From the NCBI RefSeq assembly GCF_006345805.1, contig NC_043010.1, forward strand, positions 9,858,001-9,922,000: 64,000 nucleotides of DNA, written 5' to 3'. The DNA is from Octopus sinensis. Taxonomy: Eukaryota. This document shows positions 1 through 12,700 of this stretch, one piece after another. A model generated the notes under the pieces. The model ran no database searches and was not told the DNA's origin. It saw nothing but the letters and a program-made list of their open reading frames with translations. Position 1 is the first letter of the stretch; every line of letters begins with the position of its first letter. Both the position numbers and the translations under genes were made by a program.

Positions 1-437
1 TAAATAAATTTCCTCTATTTACATAATATTGAGGTCTCTTTCTTTCTTTTGTTATCTTACCATTTTATCAATATATATATATATATATATATATAAATAT
101 ATATGTACACGATGGGCTCCTTTTAGTTTCCTTCATCCAAATCCACTCACAAGGCCTTGTGAGTGGTTCCTGCCTGTGGGACTGAACCCAGAACCCTGTT
201 GTTGCGAATCAAGCTTCTTACTACACAGCTCTCTTAGCAGGGTACAAGAAATTTTGGTGCCACTGATTTGGCGTCGCTGATTCAACACTAACTTATTTGA
301 CTCCATATACCTTGTGTTCCTCGCTTTAATGCTTGTTTTGTTCTCTCCTTCCCCACTCGGTCTCTCTGTTTTGGTGAGTAAGCAGCTACTAATGTTTGCA
401 TGTACAATGTCTTTCCCTCTCTGTCTTAATTCTGCAC

Positions 438-1575
438 ACGTGTGTGTGTACATGTGTGCATGTGTGTGTGGTGTGTGTGTGTGTACGTGTGTACATGTGT
501 GCATGTGTGTGTGTGTGTGTGTACGTGTGTACATGTGTGCATGTGTGTGTGTGGTGTGTACGTGTGTACATGTGTGCATGTGTGTGTATGTGTGTACGTG
601 TGTATATGTGTGCATGTGTGTGGTGTGTGTGTGTGTACGTGTGTACATGTGTGCATGTGTGTGTGTGTGGTGTGTACGTGTGTACATGTGTGCATGTGTG
701 TGTGTGTGTGTGTGTACGTGTGTACATGTGTGCATGTGTGTGTGTGTGTGTGTGTACGTGTGTACATGTGTGCATGTGTGTGTGTGTGTGTGCGTACGTG
801 TGTACATGTGTGCATGTGTGTGTGTGTGTGTGTGTACGTGTGTACATGTGTGCATGTGTGTGTGTGTGTGTGTGTACGTGTGTACATGTGTGCATGTGAG
901 TATGTGTTTGCATATGTATATGTGTATACATGTGTATGTGTGTGCATTTGTAAATGTGTGTATGCATATGTGCATGTGTGCATGTGTGTATGTGTGCTTA
1001 TGTTTGTGCGTGCACGTACATTTGTGTATGTGTGCCTGTTGTATGTGTATGTGTGTGTGCATGTATATGTGTGTATGTGCATTTGCATATGTATGTATGT
1101 GTGTGCATATGTGTATGTTTGCATGTTTGCATGTGTGTGTGCATGTGTGTATGTGTGCATAAGTGTGTGTGCATAAGTGTGTGTGCATGCATTTATGTAT
1201 GTGTGTGCATATGTGTATGTTTGCATGTTCGTATGTGTGTGTGCATGTGTGTATGTGTGCATAAGTGTGTGTGCATGCATTTATGTATGTGTGCTTGTTG
1301 TATGTGTGTATGTGCATGTGTGTATGTGTACTTATGTTTGTATGTGCACATACATTTGTGTATGTGTGCCTGTTGTATGTGTATGTGTATGTGTGTGTGC
1401 ATGTGTATGTGTGTGTGTGCATTTGCATGTGTATGTATGTGTGTGTACACTTGTGCATGTTCGTATGTGTGTGTGTATGTGTGCATGTGTGTGTGCATGC
1501 ATTTATGTATGTGTGCTTGTTGTATGTGTGTGTGCATGTGTGTATGTGTGCATATGTGTGTATGTGTGTGCACGC
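438..1575. repeat. TG-rich minisatellite/compound microsatellite
   Basis: About 12 tandem ~35-40 bp units of tgtacgtgtgtacatgtgtgcatg(tg)n at 438-900, then degenerate higher-order TG/TATG units. Explains the HT/CV-rich ORFs. Confidence 0.95.
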
Positions 1576-1591
1576 ATGCTTGACTCTAATA

Positions 1592-2343
1592 GTGAAGGTG
1601 CATGGCTTAGTGGTTAGGGGTATTCAGCTCATGATTGTAAGGTCAGGAGTTCAATTCCTAGTAGTGCATTGTGTCCTTGAATAAGACACAATTTATTTCA
1701 CATTGTTCCACTCCACACAGCTAACAAAAATTCATAGTACCTGTAACTGAAAGGGTCAACCTTAATACATTCTGTGTCATGCTGAATCTCCCTGAGAAAT
1801 ACATTAAGGGTATGCTTGTCTAAGGCGGCGATGGCAGAAACGTTAGCACGCCGGGCGTAATGCGTAGCCGTATTTCGTCTGCCGTTACGTTCTGAGTTCA
1901 AATTCCGCCGAGGTCGACTTTGCCTTTCATCCTCTCGGGGTCGATAAATTAAGTACCAGTTACGCACTGAGGTCAATGTAATCGACTTAATCCGTTTGTC
2001 TGTCCTTGTTTGTCCCCTCTGTGTTTAGCCCCTTGTGGGTAGTAAAGAAATAGGTATTTCACTTGCTGTTACGTTCTGAGTTCAAATTCCGCCGAGGTCG
2101 ACTTTGCCTTTCATTATTTCGGGGTCAATAAATTAAGTACCAGTTATGCACTGTTGTCGATGTAATTGACTTAATCCGTGTGTCTTTCCTTGTTTGTCCC
2201 CTCTGTGTCTAGCCCCTTGTGGGTAGTAAAGAAATAGGTATGCTTGTCTGCAGAGTGCTCAACTACGCTCTTTAATTTCATGAGCGGGCTGTTCCAATGA
2301 TCAAATCAATTGGAAGCCTTATTGTTGTAACCAGCAGAGTGCA
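1592..2343 (+). mobile_element. SINE family C (tRNA-like head, gtgtccttga..agacac central motif), split by a family B insertion
   Basis: A-box-like tggcttagtgg and B-box-like gagttcaattcc. The tail continues after 2249 and matches the tail of family D copies at 42187 and 50826. Confidence 0.75.
1822..2236 (+). mobile_element. SINE family B, one full unit plus one headless tandem unit
   Basis: Family B consensus; 13-bp target-site duplication ggtatgcttgtct at 1809-1821 and 2237-2249. Confidence 0.9.
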
Positions 2344-2489
2344 AGTTTGCATCAAGTGATAAAACATACTGTTGCCAAATGTCAAATAACACTATGTAAC
2401 CTGATTTTTGTCCTTGGGAAGCAGCTTTTATTTGCTAATTGCTTACCCCTAGAAAGTATCAAAAATAGCTAATATTTCCTTCAAAGTTT

Positions 2490-2690
2490 GCTTTTGTTAC
2501 ATTTATTCGAACCCCGCCAAAAATCTTCTCAACACATCACCTTGATTGTTCCCCACTACTCCTGCTCGTGACCTGAGATGCACATATCGTCAGTCACTAA
2601 AGGACATGCTCAAGTGGTTAAGGCGAAGCAACTGGAAAGCAAAACTGACAAGCAAATTTGCTATAACGATATTTCTGCTTCAGCAACTCC
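2490..2690. repeat. Degenerate fragment of interspersed repeat F
   Basis: Similar to 59900-60080 (ccccactac..ctgctcgtga..gagatgcacatat.gtcag.cactaa.ggacat). Confidence 0.7.
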
Positions 2691-2870
2691 ATGCTGAATC
2701 TGTTTGAAATGTAATGGAAACTAGGTCAGTTTCAAAACACTGATGTCCAGATCACGAAAGCAAAGTCTTAAGGGAACAGTAGTCATTCCCTTTGATTTTT
2801 AGATAGAAGCAAATAGGAAATAACATTTACTGACCAAAGACTAAAACAAAATAAAATTTTTACTACCAGA

Positions 2871-3480
2871 TGGATTCTTAGAACTTTTAGAACAAGAGAC
2901 CAGGAAACCATGATGGTCCTCTGGAGGACACTTGTCCTAAGCCATTTTGACTATTGCTTTCACCTATGATCACCAACCAGTGTCAAATTCATCTCAGAAC
3001 TTGAGGCAATCTAACGAAGCTATACGTAGAAGATAGCCTCAATGCAGCATATAAGCTATTGGGAAAGACTCGAGAGATAAAGACTCTATTCCTTAGAGTG
3101 TAGGCGAGAAAGATATGCCATAATATACATCTGAAAGAGCCTGGAAGGACTTGTCCCAAACTTTGGCATTGAGAGTTACACAAATACTAGAACTGGGCGC
3201 CACTGCATAGTGCCAAGGACTCCAAATTTGCCATCAAGATGTAGGGCAAGATACTGCAATAGCCTGGGCTTCAGAGGTCCACAGCTCTTCAATATCCTCC
3301 CGAAGGACCTGAGAGACCTGCATGGGGTGGATGTAGGTGTCTTCAAAATAAAGCTGGACCTCTTTCTGTCAAGTGTCCCAGATGAACCAACTTCGCAACA
3401 GGAGGTGCAGATGAGTGCAGCTGCATCAAACTCTCTCATGCACCAAATGGTGGTGATTACACAAACAGTTGAAAGTATAC
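2871..3480 (+). pseudogene. 5'-truncated CR1-group LINE ORF2 C-terminus (dead)
   Basis: A single frame reads WILRTFRTRD..TLVLSHFDYC..YWERLE..RLYSLECRRERY..GLVPN..NSLGFRGPQLFNILP..FKIKLDLFLSSVPDEP, with five in-frame stops. Confidence 0.85.
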
Positions 3481-3559
3481 AAAAATCTGTAGTTTAGAAT
3501 ATAGACTCCAACAGAGAGAAAGACAAAGAGAAAGAGAGAGAGAAAGCCAGCAAAAGAGA

Positions 3560-3634
3560 AAATGCATGTATGTGTGCATGTGTGTATGTCGATGTGTCTG
3601 TGTGTGTATATGTATATATGTGTGTATATATATA

Positions 3635-3673
<39 letters not shown>

Positions 3674-3731
3674 GATAGATAGATAGATATAGATACATAT
3701 ATATATGTTTATAAATATGGTATATATATAT

Positions 3732-3796
<65 letters not shown>

Positions 3797-3904
3797 ATAT
3801 GTGTGTATATAATATATGTATATGTATATATGTATTTATACATATATACATGTATATAATATATATATATATATATATACTATGTATATATAATATATAT
3901 AACA

Positions 3905-3939
<35 letters not shown>

Positions 3940-3940
3940 C
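3560..3940. repeat. (TA)n/(TG)n compound microsatellite
   Basis: Directly visible. Confidence 0.95.
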
Positions 3941-5201
3941 TTTTTCATTCTTGAAAGAAAAAAAAAGCGATAATTTTGTGTGTACTCAGGTTTTAGCATT
4001 GACATTTAATGAACTCTAAAATGAAATTTAAAGATAATCATGTCTGCACACTGCATTATAAAGGTTATTGGCGTAAAATGTTGTTTGTGAAGGGCCGAAG
4101 GAGTATTTGTTTTACAATGATACTTAATTCAATTAGAATATTTAACTGGGTATATTGAGCTTTGAGAATTGTTTCAACAAACAATTCAGTCAGAGGCTGC
4201 TTTGTAAATATAGCTGTTCTGAGTAAGTGGGTAAAAAGATTAATTAAATCTTATAAATGGTGAATGAGTCAAGTGAAAAACATTGCATAATGTGCAGTAA
4301 ATGGTGCGTGACGTTATATTGTACTGCCAGATAAAAATTCTTGTTATTGCATTTATGTATATATTTTCATTTATTCTTTTGTTGTTGTTGTTGTTGTTTT
4401 TTTTTTACTTCCTTTTATTCAATTATTATTATTATTTCTGTTTTTTTTTTCCTTTTGCCAAGCTTTATTAAATTATCCTCATTGTCAATTTATCATATAT
4501 TTTCTGTGATTTCTTAAAATAAAAAAAATAATAAGACCAAAACAAAACCAAAATAAAAAAATAATGAAAAAAAAAAAAATAAAAATAAACTCACAAAAAT
4601 GTTGCTAGATTTATTGGAGCAAAAATAATTTATATTACTAACTGACCATCCCAAGGTCAAACATAACATTAACAAGCGTAACATTAGAAAATTATCGCTA
4701 CTAATAAGTAGAACACAACTAACAACCAGCAAATGATCTTCCGGTTCCACATATTCTTGAGATTAGCAAACAGTTTCTCTTTTATATTTACATATCCAGA
4801 ATTCAACCCCTCTATACACCCATCATAATATAAACATATATATATATATATAATGCATTTTATTTTTTGTCACTTTATCTATTTTTTTCTATCTACTTCT
4901 CTCTTCGTCTCTATCATTCTCTCTTGTATTTATTTGATTTATATGAAAATTTATGTGTGTTCATGTGCAAAAAAACATCAAGGATGTGGCTTCTGGATAG
5001 ACGAGTTAATCAGTGGTTACTCAGTCTAAAAAAAACCATAAATAGTAACTTACCCTGAAGGCTCAAGCTCTGTTTCACTTTGTGACACTTTGGGCAACTT
5101 TTTTGTTTCTCCTATTGTAGCCTCAAGTTGGCAAATAATTTGTGAGTAGATTCAGAAGATAGAAACTGTATAGATGCTCTTCACACACACAGACACACAT
5201 G

Positions 5202-5246
<45 letters not shown>

Positions 5247-5307
5247 GCAACAACACATACACGAAAATGTATGTATACAAAACAATGTGTATACACACAC
5301 ATATATA

Positions 5308-5725
5308 TACTCTTTACTCTTTTTTACTCTTTTACTTGTTTCAGTCATTTGACTGCGGCCATGCTGGAGCACCGCCTTTAGTCGAGCAAATCGACCCCAG
5401 GACTTATTCTTTGTAAGCCCAGTACTTATTCTATCGGTCTCTTTTGCCGAACCGCTAAGTGACAGGGACGTCAACACACCAGCATCGGTTGCCAAGCAAT
5501 GCTAGGGGGACAAACACAGACACACAAACACACACATACTTATACATATATATACATATATACGACAGGCTTCTTTCAGTTTCTGTCTACCAAATCCACT
5601 CACAAGGCATTGGTTGGTCCGGGGCTATAGCAGAAGACACTTGCCCAAGATGCCACGCAGTAGGACTGAACCCGGAACCATGTGGTTGGTTAGCAAGCTA
5701 CTTACCACACAGCCACTCCTGCGCC
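5308..5725 (-). mobile_element. SINE family A, full length
   Basis: tRNA-like head (tggctgtgtgg, ggttcagtcc), ccttgggcaagtg central motif, internal (TA)(TG) tract, (AAAAGAGT)n tail. Confidence 0.9.
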
Positions 5726-5737
5726 TATATATATATA

Positions 5738-5932
5738 CTTTATTTGTGGGTTAACATGGCCACTATTGGTTTCATGCTGAGAGGATATTTCTCAGCAATT
5801 ATAAGGCCTACCACATAGGATGCTGGTACTACTCATCTCCATTTTGAATGAGAATATGTGTGGCAGGCTTTATCATTGCTAAGAAATATTCTCTCGGCAT
5901 GAAACCTATGGTAGCCTTATTAACCAATAAAG
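5738..5932. repeat. Diverged fold-back (imperfect inverted repeat, ~75-80 bp arms)
   Basis: ggtttcatgctgagaggatatttctcagcaat pairs with attgctaagaaatattctctcggcatgaaacc; most mismatches are transitions. Confidence 0.85.
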
Positions 5933-5996
5933 AAAGAAAATTTATTCACCAATACAGTGTTGAGCATTCATTCTCACTGTTCATTAATAGCACTTG

Positions 5997-6038
<42 letters not shown>

Positions 6039-6120
6039 TATATATACATACATAATATATATATGCACATATATACATAAATATATATAGATATACATAT
6101 ATACATATATACACACACAT

Positions 6121-6153
<33 letters not shown>

Positions 6154-6465
6154 CCACATATATATATATATATACATCTTTTAGCTTTTATTTGTTTCAG
6201 TAATTGGACTGCAGCCCTGATGCTGGAACATTGCCTTGAAGTGTTTCAGTAGAACACTTACAGGGATGTAAACAAACCAACAATAGTTGTCAAGCAGTTG
6301 AGGGGGGGGGACAAACACAAACACACACACACACATGACATACATCTTTCAGCTTTTGTTTACCAAATCCACTCACAAGGATGTAACTGGTCCAGTGCCC
6401 AAGGTGCCATACAGTGGGACTGAACCTGGAATATATATATATATCACATGGTTCCGGGTTCAGTA

Positions 6466-6846
6466 GGCACAGGAGTGGCTGTGTGGTAAGTAGCTTGCTA
6501 ACCAGCCACATGGTTCCGGGTTCAGTCCCACTGTGTGGCATCTTGGGCAAGCGTCTTCTACTATAGCCTTGGGCTGACGAAAGCCTTGTGAGTGGATTTG
6601 GTAGACGGAAACTGAAAGAAGCCCATGTGTGTGTTTGTGTGTCTGTGTTTGCCCCCCTAGCATTGCTTGACAACTGATGCTGGTGTGTTTATGTCCCCGT
6701 TACTTAGCGGTTCGGCAAAAGAGGCCGATAGAATAAGCACTGGGCTTACAAAAGAATAAGTCCCGGGGTCGAGTTGCTCGACTAAAGGCAGTGCTCCAGC
6801 ATGGCCACAGTCAAATGACTGAAACAAGTAAAAGAGTAAAAGAGTA
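6466..6846 (+). mobile_element. SINE family A, full length
   Basis: Matches the family A consensus including the tail. Confidence 0.9.
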
Positions 6847-7256
6847 TATATATGTATATATATACAATTTTGAAGTTTCAGGCTTCTTAAGAAATCAACT
6901 AGTTAACACGGAATGGTATATGAATATTCTATAATTTGGTTCTCTGCAATTTACATGTGGGACATCGGAATGAGAACACAAGTAAAAGAGGAGAAATGAA
7001 GGCGGGGCATTTACTAGCATGAGTGAAGAACCAGACTAAGGGAGCTGGCAAAAGTGTGTGAAAAACTGTACAAGGGAAATAAATGTCGAAAGAAGAATCC
7101 TTGAAAAGGACAAAACCCATTAAAAGAGATGAGAAACAAAAGAGAAACAACCATTGATTGGATAGCTTCTTAGTAATAGTGTTATTAACGATACTAAATA
7201 AAATTATATATATGAGAAGACGTATAGGCACCGAGTAGCTGGTATGTGAGTGAAAT

Positions 7257-7488
7257 AAGGGGCGAATTGGCAGAAACGTTAGCACGCCAGGCAAAATGCT
7301 TAGCAGCATTTCATCTGCCACTATGCTCTGAGCTCAAATTCCGCCAAGGTCAACTTTGCCTTTCATCCTTTCGGGATCGATTAAATAAGTACCAGTTACA
7401 CACTGGGATCAATATAATCAACTTAATCCGTTTGTCTGTCCTTGTTTGTCCCCTCTGTGTTTAGCCCCTTGTGGGTAGTAAAGAAATA
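7257..7488 (+). mobile_element. SINE family B
   Basis: 16-bp TSD ggtatgtgagtgaaat at 7241-7256 and 7489-7504. Confidence 0.9.
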
Positions 7489-7531
7489 GGTATGTGAGTG
7501 AAATTTTGTTAATTTTACAGCATGAGAGAGA

Positions 7532-7570
<39 letters not shown>

Positions 7571-8000
7571 TATTCTTACAATCATGCACACATATATGGG
7601 TATATTTATCTATGTATGCAGGTATGTAAATATGTGTGTGTGTATACATATATGCGTGTGTGTATGTGTGTGAGCATGAGTTGGGAGGAAGAGAGAGTGA
7701 GAGATGGAGAAGCTGGTTGGTAAAGAGAATGAATAGCGAATCGTTTTCTCAATCCAAAAAAAAAAAATAATAAATGGAAAAGAAAATAATTATGCAAGGT
7801 TTCTTTGAAGTAAATGACATAACAGAGAAACAAGGGGATGGGGAAATTTTGACAAAGAAAGATGCATTGATGTAGATGGATTTGTTTAATGGTCCTTATC
7901 ATAAGATTTAACATCTCCATGGCTTGATGAATTGACAACTTAAGTTCACTGTGTTCTTGTCAAACAATTTCAGTCATTTAAACTACAATGTCACAATTAT

Positions 8001-8775
8001 CTGGCAGAACCGTTAGCACGCCGGGCGAAATGCATAGCTGTATTTCGTCTGCCGTTACTTTCTGAGTTCAAATTCCACCGAGGTCGACTTTGCCTATCGT
8101 CCTTTCGGGGTTGATAAATTAAGTACCAGTTATTCACTGGGGTCTATGTAATCGACTTAATCCGTTTGTCTGTCCTTGTTTGTCCCCTCTGTGTTTAGCC
8201 CCTTGTGGGTAGTAAAGAAATAGGTATTTTGTTTGTTTTTACGTTCAGAGTTCAAATTCTGCCAAAGTCGACTTTGCCTTTCATCCTTTCGGGGTCGATT
8301 AAATAAGTACCAGTTACACACTGGGATCAATATAATCAACTTAATCCGTTTGTCTGTCCTTGTTTGTCCTCTCTGTGTTTAGCCCCTTGTGGGTAGTAAA
8401 GAAATAGGTATTTCGTTTGTTTTTACGTTCAGAGTTCAAATTCTGCCAAAGTCGACTTTGCTTTTCATCCTTTTGGGGTTGATAAATTAAATACCAGTTA
8501 AACACTGAGGATGTAGTTGACTTTGTCCGTTTGTCTGTCCTTGTTTGTCCCCTCTGTGTTTAGCCCCTTGTGGGTAGTAAAGAAATAGGTATTTCATTTG
8601 TCTTTACATTCTGAGTTCAAATTTTGCCGAAGTCGACTTTGCTTTTCATCCTTTCCGGGTCGATAAATTGAGTATCAGTTATGCACTGGGGTCGATGTAA
8701 TCGACTTTGTCGTCCGGTTGTCTGTCCTTGTTTGTCCCCTCTGTGTTTAGCCCCTTGTGTTTAGTAAAGAAATAG
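8001..8775 (+). mobile_element. Head-to-tail array of four SINE B units
   Basis: The first unit has the head; units 2-4 (~180-190 bp) restart at the internal ggtatttc. Confidence 0.9.
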
Positions 8776-8979
8776 ATTATACATAGTTCAGTTTTGTTAT
8801 CATTTTTCATGCAGTCGGCTCCCCGCTCACCTTACTTTTCCCCCTTCACATCACTCTCGGTTCTACTTGCTGCTTCTCATTCTATTCCTCTTCTCTTCTA
8901 CCTCTTTCTCATCCAATTTCTCTTTCAAACCACTTCCTGTTAATGTATGCTTAGTTTGCTTCCTACTTAGTATATAGTA

Positions 8980-9436
8980 TACTCTTTACTCTTTTACTTG
9001 CTTCAGTCATTTGACTGTGACCATACTGGAGCACCGCCTTTAGTCGAGCATATCGACCCCAGGACTTATTCTTTGTAAGCCTAGTACTTATTCTATCGGT
9101 CTCTTTTTGCTGAACTGCTAAGTTACGGGGGACGTAAACACACCAGCATCGGTTGTCAAGTAATGTTGAGGGGGACAAACACAGACACACAAACATATAC
9201 ACACACACCGTCCTCACGTTGTTGTGTTTTTTTGTGCTTTCTTGTTTGGATTAACTATATATATATATATATACATACGATGGGCTTCTTTCAGTTTCCG
9301 TCTACCAAATCCACTCACAGGCTTTGGTTGGCCTGAGGCTATTATAGAAAACACTTACCCAAGGAGCTACACAGTAGGACTGAACCTGGAACCATGTAGT
9401 TCATAAGCAAGCTACTTACCACACAGCCACCCCTAC
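8980..9436 (-). mobile_element. SINE family A
   Basis: Family A consensus. Confidence 0.85.
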
Positions 9437-9570
9437 GCAAAGTGACTGGCATTAGGAAGGGTATCCAGCTGTAGAAACCAAGCCAAATCAGACGTTAAAT
9501 GATGATGATGATGATGATGGTTATATATATATATATTTATATATATATACAAGCATATATATATATATAT

Positions 9571-9971
9571 ACTCTTTTACTCTTTTACTTGTTTCAGTCA
9601 TTTGACTGCTGCCATACTGGAGCACCGCCTTTAGTCGAGCAAATCGACCCCGGGACTTATTCTTTGTAAGCCCAGTACTTATTCTATCAGTCTCTTTTGC
9701 CGAACCGCTAGGTGACGGGGACGTAAACACACCAGCATCGGTTGTCAAGCAATGCTAGGGGGACAAACACAGACACACAAACATATACACACACACTTAT
9801 ATATATATACATATATACGACAGGCTTCTTTCAGTTTCCATCTACCAAATCTACTCACAAGGCATTGGTCGGCCCAGGGCTATAGTAGAAGACACTTGCC
9901 CAAGATGCCATGCCATGGGACTGAACCCGGAACCATGTGGTTGGTTAGCAAGCTACTTACCACACAGCCAC
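9571..9971 (-). mobile_element. SINE family A
   Basis: Family A consensus. Confidence 0.9.
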
Positions 9972-10423
9972 GTATATATATAATCATTGTCATCATCACC
10001 ACCAGCTGCTTCACTATGGCAGTGGCTTCCCTGCCGACGTCCTCCCCCTCCTCCTCCTCCTCATCATCATCATCATCATCGTCATCATATTTACTTAAAG
10101 TCTATTTACCGAAGGCTGGCATGACTCAGACAGGTCTGAAACAATAGCATTTTTTTGTGATTCAGCTTGGTCTTTCACCCTTTTTTATTTGTAATGTCCA
10201 CCATTGTTAGATCTAACCTTGCCATTTCATGCATCGTCTCTATTATCTTCCCTCAGCCACATTGTCAATAGATGTTACTTTTTTCACTTAGCTAGCATCG
10301 TTCATTCATATCACATCCACATCTTAGGCAAGTTTCTCTTACCATACCCTCAGGTTGAACAACGTCCTATGAGCTTGTAAGTGGGAGTTCAATATATACA
10401 TACATATATATACACATACATAT

Positions 10424-10820
10424 GAGTGGCTGTGTGGTAAGTAGCTTGCTAAACAACCACATGGTTCTGGGTTCAGTCCCACTGCGTGGCATCTTGGGCA
10501 AGTGTCTTCTGCTATAGTCCCGGGCCGACCAATGCCTTGTGAGTGGATTTGGTAGACAGAAACTGAAAGAAGCCTGTCGTATATATGTATATATATGTAT
10601 GTTTATATATTTGTGTGTCTGTGTTTGTCCCCCTAGCATTGCTTGATGACCGATGCTGGTGTTTTTACATCCCCGTAAATTAGCGGTTTGACAAAAGAGA
10701 CCGATAAAATAAGCACTAGGCTTACAAAGAATAAGTCCTGGGGACGATTTGTTCAACTAAATGCGGTGCTCCAGTATGGCCACAGTCAAATTACTGAAAC
10801 AAGTAAAAGAGTAAAAAGAG
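10424..10820 (+). mobile_element. SINE family A
   Basis: Family A consensus. Confidence 0.9.
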
Positions 10821-11284
10821 AGTAGATATAAAGCAAAAAACATGACCTCAGTTGTAAAAATTTGGGGGCTGGATTTGCACCTCCTAAGCAAATTTCATTC
10901 CTGGATCAGTGTTAGTGGGTGCATATTTGTAGGCACGTGTGTTGATAAACTTGTGCTCGTGTACTGAGTGTACATGTTAAGTACACAAGTGTGTAATACT
11001 TTGTTATGACTTACGTATGTATGTGTGAATGTATTTGCATTCAATAAGCACATGTGATTGTGTTCATATGTATGAATATATGTATGAATGTATGAATGTA
11101 TTTATGCATGCATGTGTGTTTGTTTCACCTATGTAGAATAGCAAATGTGTTAAATATACACCATTAATAAAATAGATTTTAAAAAATATAAAAAAACATC
11201 TGCTGCACTTTGATTGAAGTCATTTGTGATATTTGTTCTACACTGAGTCACAATCACTCCCTTGTCATTCTTGTTATCATAAAC

Positions 11285-11770
11285 GCAATGAACCAATGAT
11301 TGGTCAGCTGCAAAATCCTGTAACCAATGATGCTAGCGCACACAAATTTAAAAATAAATAAAAATAGAAAATATATATATATATATATATAATGCAAGCT
11401 ACTAGTTTTCTGTAAAAGAGAAGAAATGTTCAGATGTTTGAAAGAACAGCATGTGATCTTATAAAAGAATATAAAAGTAAGATCTGAGACTCCAGCAATC
11501 GATGCTTGAATAAATATATGTGTTTACTGCACGAGAGATTCAGCTGTTTAGACTGGAAGGCTCGATGCAAAGACTAAATGCGTTTTTAGTTTGTTTGTTT
11601 TGTTTCACTGTGCTTTAACGGTTTTCATCAAAGGAGAAAGAGCAGTGCCCGTAACCCCCTTTTGAAGGATCTTTGGGATTGGTGAAGCAAAATAGTGGCT
11701 GGGGGGGGGGGCTGGGGAAGAGAGAGAGAGAGGAGTGGGTGTGGGTGTTATTTTCAGATTGGAGACTCAG
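11285..11770. promoter_or_regulatory. Candidate cis-regulatory island (CCAAT cluster, E-box, TCF/LEF-like site, G-tracts)
   Basis: CCAAT at 11293 and 11324; ATTGG at 11299, ~11677 and ~11759; CAGCTG at 11305; ATCAAAG at ~11627; G-runs at 11701-11745. All lie in non-repetitive DNA. Motif evidence only. Confidence 0.25.
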
Positions 11771-11909
11771 CTAAAATGCTTGCATGCAGATAGGAGGAAC
11801 TCCTCAAAAGGCACCCGGGTGTGACGGATTATATATCTCCTACCCATGATCAGGAACAGTTCGTCCGATGCCTCGTGAGAAACTTTGGTAGACAGAAACT
11901 GTGTGTCTA

Positions 11910-12066
11910 AACTGGCTGTGTGGTAAGGAGTTTGCTTTCCAACCACATGGTTCCAGGTTCAGTCCCATTGCGTGGTGGTGCCTTGGGCAAGTGTCTTCTA
12001 TTATAGCAACAGGTTGATAAAAACTGAAAGAAGCCTTCTGTACATATGTGTGTGTGTGTTTGTGAG

Positions 12067-12104
<38 letters not shown>

Positions 12105-12700
12105 CGTGTGTGTGTGTGTCTATCTGTCTGTCTTTGTGTCTGTTTGGTGTGTTTGTGTTTATTCCTTATCACTGCTTGACAACCAGTAGTGGTTTGTTTA
12201 TGTCCACTATAACTTAGCAGTTCGGCATAAGAAACTGATATTATATATAGTAAGCTTAAACAAGCTAAGTACTGGGTTTGATCTGCTTGATTAAACCTGT
12301 CAAGGGGGTATCACAGCATGGCCACAGTCGAATGCCTAAAGCAACTAAAAGGCAAGAGTTAAACGGTTTTAATCGTGTGTGTGTGTGTGCATGTCTGTCT
12401 GTCTGTGTATGTGTGTGTTTGTGTCTGTGTGTTCATGTGTTTGTGTCTGTGTGTGTGTGTATGTGCATTTATATAAGTGTTTGGTGTCGTTGTGTCCCTG
12501 TTTGGTGTCTTTGTGTCACCATTGCTTCACAACTGATGCGATTTGTCTACATCTCTGCGACTTAGCGGTTTGGCGAGAAGAGACTGATCGAATAAGTACC
12601 AGTCATATAAATAAGCACTGAGATTGATTTGTTCGACTAAACCCTTCAAGGTGGTGCCCCAGCATGGCCACAAACCAATGGCTGAAACACGTGAAAGCTA
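11910..12700 (+). mobile_element. Degenerate SINE A copies with expanded (TG)n
   Basis: Diverged family A head and two partial 3' halves. Confidence 0.7.

Noticed and set aside
133-1684. Long His/Thr- and Cys/Val-rich ORFs (up to 441 aa)
   Set aside because: Translations of a TG minisatellite that is open in many frames on both strands; no domain content.
2580-2600. CTGACGA on the minus strand of repeat F
   Set aside because: No GAAA or stem III geometry follows.
5045-5060. Perfect minus-strand donor AGG|GTAAGT
   Set aside because: Lies in a degenerate SINE A head, with no matching acceptor.
8001-8775. Regularly spaced repeats resembling a CRISPR array
   Set aside because: Units are ~185-bp SINE bodies without unique spacers; the context is eukaryotic and there are no cas genes.
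8825-8940. Possible purine-rich minus-strand exon with donor AAG|GTGAGC
   Set aside because: Weak acceptor, low-complexity content and stops in all frames; not supportable.
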